This document shows positions 58,469 to 64,000 of a stretch of DNA of 64,000 nucleotides, piece after piece (the first letter of the stretch is position 1; each line of letters opens with the position of its first letter). This DNA comes from Bacteriovoracia bacterium. GTDB taxonomy: Bacteria > Bdellovibrionota > UBA1018 > CAIPTA01. A program made the translations under genes and the position numbers. Location of the stretch: NCBI GenBank assembly GCA_050246755.1, contig JBFWVL010000002.1, positions 288,001 through 352,000 of the forward strand, in the 5' to 3' direction. A model generated the notes under the pieces. The model was given only the letters and a program-made list of their open reading frames with translations, did not search any database and was not told the DNA's origin.

Positions 58469-59371
58469 ATGTCTTCCTTTGAAAATATAAAAACTCCCGG
58501 CATTAAGGGGAAAACCGAAGGCGAACGCACCACCCGCGTGCCTGAAGGCATGTGGTTCAAGTGCACGGCCTGCGGTGAAGTGATGGAGACGCGCGCGCTC
58601 CAGGAAAATCATTATATCTGCGTGCAGTGCAACCAGCACTTCCGTATGTCGGCCCGGGAGCGCATCTATCACCTCACCAAGGGGGCCGCGTTTGAAGAAT
58701 ACGGCCAAGACCTTCGTTCCTCGGATCCGCTGAAATTTTACGACCTTAAGCCATATAGTGAACGCTTAGATGCAGCTATCTTAAAGCATAACGCGAACGA
58801 CGCTTTCGTGTGCGGACGCTCCGAAATCGGCGGCCTTCCCGTGCAGATCGGCGCTTTTGAATTCAAATTCATGGGCGGCTCCATGGGCACGGTAGTAGGG
58901 GAGAAGATTACCATGACGCTCGAGCGGGCCGTACGAGAGGGCACCGGCGCCATCGTGGTGAGCGCCAGCGGCGGGGCGCGGATGCAGGAGTCGATTTTGT
59001 CCCTCATGCAAATGGCGAAAACAAGCGCCTACGTGATGGAAATGCGCAAAGCGGGGCTTCCCTTTATCTCTCTGCTCACGGATCCCACCACCGGCGGGGT
59101 GGCCGCGAGCTTTGCTATGCTGGGCGATGTCATTTTGGCCGAGCCTAAGGCCCTCATCGGATTTGCCGGCCCCCGCGTGATCGAACAAACCATTCGCCAA
59201 AAGCTTCCCGAAGGTTTTCAGACTTCCGAATTTCTTCTTCAGCAAGGCTTCATCGACCAAGTGGTTCCCCGTGAGCGCTTGCCCGACGTGATGGCCTCTC
59301 TGCTGCAAATGATGCAGTGGAAAAAAAGCAAAACTCCCGCGCCGGAAAAAAAGAAAAAGACGAAGAAATAA
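58469..59371 (+). CDS. accD: Acetyl-CoA carboxylase carboxyltransferase beta subunit
   Basis: Zinc finger WFKC..C..C..C, GGSMG, SGGARMQE, DPTTGGV, GFAGPRVI. Confidence 0.97.
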   Translation: MSSFENIKTPGIKGKTEGERTTRVPEGMWFKCTACGEVMETRALQENHYICVQCNQHFRMSARERIYHLTKGAAFEEYGQDLRSSDPLKFYDLKPYSERLDAAILKHNANDAFVCGRSEIGGLPVQIGAFEFKFMGGSMGTVVGEKITMTLERAVREGTGAIVVSASGGARMQESILSLMQMAKTSAYVMEMRKAGLPFISLLTDPTTGGVAASFAMLGDVILAEPKALIGFAGPRVIEQTIRQKLPEGFQTSEFLLQQGFIDQVVPRERLPDVMASLLQMMQWKKSKTPAPEKKKKTKK

Positions 59372-59406
59372 GAAGGCTTTGCTAAGATCGTTTCAAGTTA
59401 AAGCTT

Positions 59407-61884
59407 ATGACGCGATCGCTCCAAATTGCCGGCAGCTTGCTGCTTTTATTTTTATCTCCAGTCGCCTTCGGCGCCTCCTCCTTTGAGCTCGATTCGCTCC
59501 GCGAAAAACATCACGTCACGGCCGACCGCACCCTCTATCACTCCAATGAAAAAGTGTACGAAGCCTTCGGGCACGTGGTGGTAAGCTCGCACGGCCAGCG
59601 CCTCTCTGCCGACTATTTATGGGTAGACGATAATACCAAAGACATCAAAGCCCGCGGCAACGTGATCTTCGTGGACCGCACCACTACCGTGCAGGCGGCG
59701 GAGATTCACTTGAATCTTGAAACCGGCATCGGCTCGATTTTTTACGGAAAAGTTTTTAACGATCTCTACACTTTAAAAGGCCAGCTGATCCGCCGCGTGG
59801 CTGACGATCGCTTCCTTACCACCGAGGGAGAATATACCACCTGTAAGGACTGCGCCGAATCCTGGAAGCTTTCCGCCCGCTACGTGGACCTCACCATGGA
59901 AGGCTACGCCTTTCTCGACGGCGTATTCATCAAGATCAAGGATGTTCCAACCCTGTATATTCCCTACGTGATTCTGCCAGTGAAAACAAAGCGTCAGTCC
60001 GGATTGCTTTTTCCGCGCATGGGAGCCAATTCCAACAACGGCTTCGTGTTCGTGCAACCTGTTTTTCTTGCCATCAGTCCGCACCAAGATCTGACGCTGG
60101 GAGCGGGCCGCTATTCTACGCGAGGGCTGCGCTACGAAGGGGAGTATCGCTACCGCAGCTATAACGGCATTCACGGGCAGCTCAACTATTACCACACGGG
60201 CGATCGCCGCCCCGAAGCTCCGAAAAAATCACGCGTGGCTCTGAAGACAGAAAACGAATGGTCGTTCGCGAAAAACTTCGGCATGCGCTGGCGTGCCACC
60301 GAAGTTTTCGACCGGGAATATATTTACGATTTCCCCGAGGATATCCAGGGGCAGGGATATCCCTCGCTCGAGTCCAACGCGATCGCCACCGCTCCCTTCG
60401 ACGACTTCTACGCCAGCGTGGAGGCCCGCCGTTACCGCAACATGCTCACCACCAGGAAAACCGGGTTCGACGGGGGAACGGTGCAAGCCCTGCCCACCGC
60501 ACACCTAGGAATGAAGGAACGCTCGATCGCAGGCCCGCTTCTCGGCAGCTTCTATGGCCGTTATGATAACTATACTCGCCGCAACGGTCCCTTCAGCGAT
60601 CAAAACGCCAACGGGTATTTTGATCCCAACTTCAACTCCGCCGTTCAAAGCCCGGAACTGATCCGCGAAACCCGGCGCATGATTTTTTCCCCCGAAATCT
60701 CGGCGCCGTTCCGCCTCGGCCGTTACCTCAATATCGGCCCTTCGGCGCAGTACAATGAAATCCGCTACGACTTCGCGGTGCCGGTGGGGGAAGGGAAAAA
60801 TCTTCCCCATACCTATACCCGCTATGTACAAACCAAGCTCGAAACCTCTACCGTTCTCGAAAAGGTGTATGAGTACGACGGTAAAGAAGTGAGCCGCGTG
60901 AAGCACCAGCTGTCGCCCTTCGTTACTCTTTCGTATATTCCCTGGATCAGCCAGGACCAAAACCATCCGTTCCAGCAGCAGGTGAATAACCGCCCCGAAG
61001 GGCTCTTCGATCAGTACGACGCGGTTCCCGTGACGAATTCCACCAGCTTTCTGCGTTACCCGCAGGGGAAGTCCGTTTACTACGGGTTCAATAGCCGCGT
61101 GATCCGTAAGATGAAGAATTTATCAGAGATACCCCGGGAATATCCCTACGATCTTATGCCGGCGGCCAAGCCGCGTAAATATCCCAGCCCGCAGAACCGT
61201 AAGGATGAATTATTCATCGCCAGCGAGCAACTTTGGGAAAAATACAATCCGCATTACGAAGAATACCAGGAAATCTGGAACCTGAACGTATCGCAGGCCT
61301 TCGATTTCATAGATGCCAAGCGCCACGCCGACGATCCGAAACGCGCCTTCAGTTACTTGCTGGCAAAATCCGCTTTCTCGATTCCATTTTTTCGCCACGA
61401 CTTCGAATATAAGTTTTTCCCGCGGATTTTACCGCCCGTGGCCCCCGGCGCGCCTTTTCCCGAGCCCCTGCACAATAAGCATATCTTCACCACCGGCTTA
61501 ACCTGGGAATGGATCCACCTCGCTAACCTGAGGAAAACCCGTTCTTTCATCCGCAGCATTTCTCTAAACTACTCGAACTCTAGCCAGCCGAATCCCTCTC
61601 GTTCCGCATCCACAAACCTTGTTTGGTCGGTAAACGATTTCGTGGGTTTCAAGGCTGGCTACGGCTACGACCTAATGGCTTCCAAGCAGCAGACCTGGGA
61701 TGCATTAGCCCAGCTCACCCATCCTTCCGAATGCTGGGGCCTCGCGTTCCGCTATAACTGGAACCGCTATCGATCTCCCAATAAGGGCGAAGTAGGGTTT
61801 GAGCTACTCTTGAATTTAATGGGCACCGGTTTCACCGGCTTCAACCGTGAAGGCGGTTCGGGCGGCGTGTTCGGCGGCGGATAG
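59407..61884 (+). CDS. lptD: LPS assembly outer-membrane protein LptD
   Basis: Signal peptide, OstA-like N-terminal domain, YTTC, KRQSGLLFP, C-terminal ECW and barrel strands. Confidence 0.88.
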   Translation: MTRSLQIAGSLLLLFLSPVAFGASSFELDSLREKHHVTADRTLYHSNEKVYEAFGHVVVSSHGQRLSADYLWVDDNTKDIKARGNVIFVDRTTTVQAAEIHLNLETGIGSIFYGKVFNDLYTLKGQLIRRVADDRFLTTEGEYTTCKDCAESWKLSARYVDLTMEGYAFLDGVFIKIKDVPTLYIPYVILPVKTKRQSGLLFPRMGANSNNGFVFVQPVFLAISPHQDLTLGAGRYSTRGLRYEGEYRYRSYNGIHGQLNYYHTGDRRPEAPKKSRVALKTENEWSFAKNFGMRWRATEVFDREYIYDFPEDIQGQGYPSLESNAIATAPFDDFYASVEARRYRNMLTTRKTGFDGGTVQALPTAHLGMKERSIAGPLLGSFYGRYDNYTRRNGPFSDQNANGYFDPNFNSAVQSPELIRETRRMIFSPEISAPFRLGRYLNIGPSAQYNEIRYDFAVPVGEGKNLPHTYTRYVQTKLETSTVLEKVYEYDGKEVSRVKHQLSPFVTLSYIPWISQDQNHPFQQQVNNRPEGLFDQYDAVPVTNSTSFLRYPQGKSVYYGFNSRVIRKMKNLSEIPREYPYDLMPAAKPRKYPSPQNRKDELFIASEQLWEKYNPHYEEYQEIWNLNVSQAFDFIDAKRHADDPKRAFSYLLAKSAFSIPFFRHDFEYKFFPRILPPVAPGAPFPEPLHNKHIFTTGLTWEWIHLANLRKTRSFIRSISLNYSNSSQPNPSRSASTNLVWSVNDFVGFKAGYGYDLMASKQQTWDALAQLTHPSECWGLAFRYNWNRYRSPNKGEVGFELLLNLMGTGFTGFNREGGSGGVFGGG

Positions 61885-61891
61885 GAGAAAA

Positions 61892-62725
61892 ATGCGCATC
61901 TTAATATCGAACGACGACGGCGTGCACGCGGAGGGCATCCACGCCCTGGCGGAAGAGTTCCGCAAAGACCACCAAGTATACGTGGTAGCTCCCGAGCGGG
62001 AGCGCAGCACCACCGGCCATTCACTCACCCTGCACAAGCCCCTGCGCTTGCACCGCTGGGGCAGGGAGGTCTATTCCGTTTCGGGCGGCCCCGCCGACTG
62101 CATCTACGTGGGCCTCGGCGAGGTGATGAAGGGCAAAAAACCCGACCTCGTGCTCTCCGGCATCAATAACGGCGCCAACCTCGGCCAAGACGTTTTCTAT
62201 AGTGGCACTGCATCCGCCGCCCGGGAAGCCGCCAACCTCGGCATTCCCTCGGTGGCCGTCTCGCTTTCCCTCGACCACGCCAAGCCCGGCAAGCCAAAGC
62301 ACTTTGCCACGGCTGCCAAAGCCGTGCGCGCTTCACTCAACCAAGTTCTGCCCGCCTTTGCTGGTAAAGCAAACGCTTCCTGGAAAACGGGCCTGAACGC
62401 TTGGCCCAAAGGCATGATGCTGAATATCAACGTGCCCAATGTGGCGGAGAAAAAGCTCAAGGGCTACCGCCTCGCTTCGCAGGGCCGCCGAATATATGGC
62501 ACCGAGATTCTTCGCCGCATCGACGCCCGCGGCCGGGAGTATTTCTGGATAGGGGGAAAGTACCAGAGCTACGATCCCAATCCCGAAACCGACTGCTGGC
62601 AGGTGGACCACGGCTACGTTTCCGTGACGCCCCTCGAGTTGGACACCACCATGCAGGAGGTTTTCCATTCCCTTCAGTTTGCCTTTGAGCTAAAAAATAA
62701 ACGCTCCGGACCTAAGCGGCGCTGA
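61892..62725 (+). CDS. surE: 5'/3'-nucleotidase SurE
   Basis: MRILISNDDG, VVAP, GGPADC, SGINNGANLG, YSGT, VSVTPL; GGAG RBS. Confidence 0.96.
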   Translation: MRILISNDDGVHAEGIHALAEEFRKDHQVYVVAPERERSTTGHSLTLHKPLRLHRWGREVYSVSGGPADCIYVGLGEVMKGKKPDLVLSGINNGANLGQDVFYSGTASAAREAANLGIPSVAVSLSLDHAKPGKPKHFATAAKAVRASLNQVLPAFAGKANASWKTGLNAWPKGMMLNINVPNVAEKKLKGYRLASQGRRIYGTEILRRIDARGREYFWIGGKYQSYDPNPETDCWQVDHGYVSVTPLELDTTMQEVFHSLQFAFELKNKRSGPKRR

Positions 62726-62731
62726 TTTCTC

Positions 62732-62807
62732 GGTTCCATAGTTTAAATGGATAAAACGGGGCTTTCCTAAAGCTCTGATCCCCGTTCGATTCGGGGTGGG
62801 ACCACCA
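62732..62807 (+). tRNA. tRNA-Arg(CCT)
   Basis: 76 nt; acceptor stem GGTTCCA/TGGGACC, anticodon arm GGGCT-TTCCTAA-AGCTC, T arm CCCCG-TTCGATT-CGGGG, encoded CCA. Confidence 0.95.
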
Positions 62808-62829
62808 AATGGTGTCAGGCACCTTTGGT
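62804..62829. repeat. Short REP-like imperfect palindrome
   Basis: ACCAAATGGTGTC-A-GGCACCTTTGGT overlapping the tRNA 3' end. Confidence 0.4.
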
Positions 62830-62842
62830 TAAGGGGCGCGTC

Positions 62843-62892
62843 AAAAACAGAATACCCCGCCAACTCCGAAGAGAAGGCGGGGTTTTTGTTTT
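62843..62892. terminator. Bidirectional intrinsic terminator
   Basis: ACCCCGCC...GGCGGGGT stem flanked by A- and T-tracts, between the convergent tRNA and CDS. Confidence 0.7.
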
Positions 62893-62905
62893 CTATTCTT
62901 TATTC

Positions 62906-64000
62906 TTACTCGGCGCTCGTATTATTCGAGGGCACAGCACCGGCTTCGCCGCTCACGCGCTTCTTCAATTTACTTACTTCGGTTCCATCGGGAATACTCG
63001 TAATGTAGTGAGGACGCGAGAGAACGAAGTTTACATCGTATCCGGTAAAATCACAGCTAGGGCCGGCTCCCGTTTTATGCGCCGACCTTGTTAGCGTCTT
63101 GCTGCCTTGCTTTACGCTAACGTTGTACTCGTACGGCTCTACTTCTTTACGCTGATAGCGCCATACTCCGGAATTAAATCGCACACCCACTTTATCGCAG
63201 TCGCCAACTTTAACCAGGGAGTCCACGTATAAATCCCCATCGGAAGAAGCATCACCGAGGATCCTAGTTCCTCCGCCAAGCGACTCGCGTACGGAACATG
63301 TGATTTTTAAAGATGCATTACCGTGGTTTCTCTCTCCAAGTTTCGGAGAAATGACCTTAACGCGCCATTCAGGATTTTCATTTGAGTCCACCAAGATATG
63401 TTTTTTGGCCAAGCAGCTGTCCGCATCTCCATAATCAGCAACTGTTAGGATTTTCCCCAGTTGCTGCTTTATGAAATCATTCGAAACTTCCGGAGAAAAT
63501 GCCGCCGCCACGTAACGACGCGAATCTTTGGAATCGTCTTGCTGTTTCATTTCGCGGGCCAGGCGGTAGGCCGCTTCATGGAGAAAGAAAGCAGCGCGAT
63601 CGGTAGGGGACAGTGCTTGGTAGACCGAACGGGAAACTTTCAGCTTGCCGTCGTCTTCATAGTAGCCCACGCCTTCAAGCCGGCAGCCTTCGGGTACGGG
63701 AATGGCGATGCCTTTTCCCAAATCGGCAGAAGGGTTCAGCGCCACTCCGCTGCGAAGAAATTCGTAATTATTCAGAACGTGCGCCACGGACTGCTCGATC
63801 AAGTTCCTGGTAAGCGGATCCGGAGAACGGTTTAGTGCGCGGGACATGGCCGCTACGGAATCGGAATCTCGGGCGACTTCGTAGTCGTAACGAACCTCTC
63901 CTTCATAGAGGTCGAGTAGCTCGGCGCGAGCAATTGCGCCTTGGCTATTCCGGCAGACAACGGCATTTCCTCCGCCGCCATTCACACCACCTTCGGCCGC
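62906..64000 (-). CDS. Probably secreted hypothetical protein, 5' end truncated by the window edge
   Basis: GGVNGGGGNAVVC..AELLDLYE N-terminal motif and LHEAAY; frame is open to the window end. Confidence 0.7.
   Translation of the reverse strand, partial: AAEGGVNGGGGNAVVCRNSQGAIARAELLDLYEGEVRYDYEVARDSDSVAAMSRALNRSPDPLTRNLIEQSVAHVLNNYEFLRSGVALNPSADLGKGIAIPVPEGCRLEGVGYYEDDGKLKVSRSVYQALSPTDRAAFFLHEAAYRLAREMKQQDDSKDSRRYVAAAFSPEVSNDFIKQQLGKILTVADYGDADSCLAKKHILVDSNENPEWRVKVISPKLGERNHGNASLKITCSVRESLGGGTRILGDASSDGDLYVDSLVKVGDCDKVGVRFNSGVWRYQRKEVEPYEYNVSVKQGSKTLTRSAHKTGAGPSCDFTGYDVNFVLSRPHYITSIPDGTEVSKLKKRVSGEAGAVPSNNTSAE

Noticed and set aside
62732-64000. Integrative element at tRNA-Arg
   Set aside because: No integrase or duplicated tRNA 3' end within the window; cannot be supported here.
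1-64000. CRISPR array, IS elements, rRNA, known defence systems
   Set aside because: No regularly spaced repeats, transposase, cas or defence-gene motifs were seen; intergenic gaps are too short for rRNA or arrays.

Overview
Chromosomal, mostly housekeeping window from a Gram-negative bacterium. Gene content (many secreted Cys-rich hypotheticals, HDOD, STAS and CHASE2 proteins, sigma28-type promoters on non-flagellar genes) suggests a Bdellovibrionota-like predator; this is inference. About 60 CDS are present, including hppA, ndh, a desaturase, sthA, slyD, bcp, ivd, pdxST, hsp20, gpmA, rocD, ppsR, mutL-miaA, rsmI, accD, lptD and surE, plus one tRNA-Arg(CCT). No CRISPR array, integrase, transposase or prophage was seen. 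Most notable signals: (1) widespread leaderless promoter architecture (TANNNT, 6-7 nt, then start codon); (2) a candidate sigma28 regulon of mostly secreted unknown proteins; (3) a beta-barrel + EF-hand lipoprotein + large Cys-rich secreted protein cluster; (4) a 12-repeat Cys-pair helical protein that appears to start at CTG; (5) an intact but catalytically degenerate P1B-ATPase-like protein; (6) an orphan terminase-small-subunit-like gene; (7) an ADP-ribosyltransferase-like secreted protein; (8) an adenylate cyclase / GAF-HD-GYP / cAMP phosphodiesterase operon. All calls come from reading motifs by eye; no searches were run.
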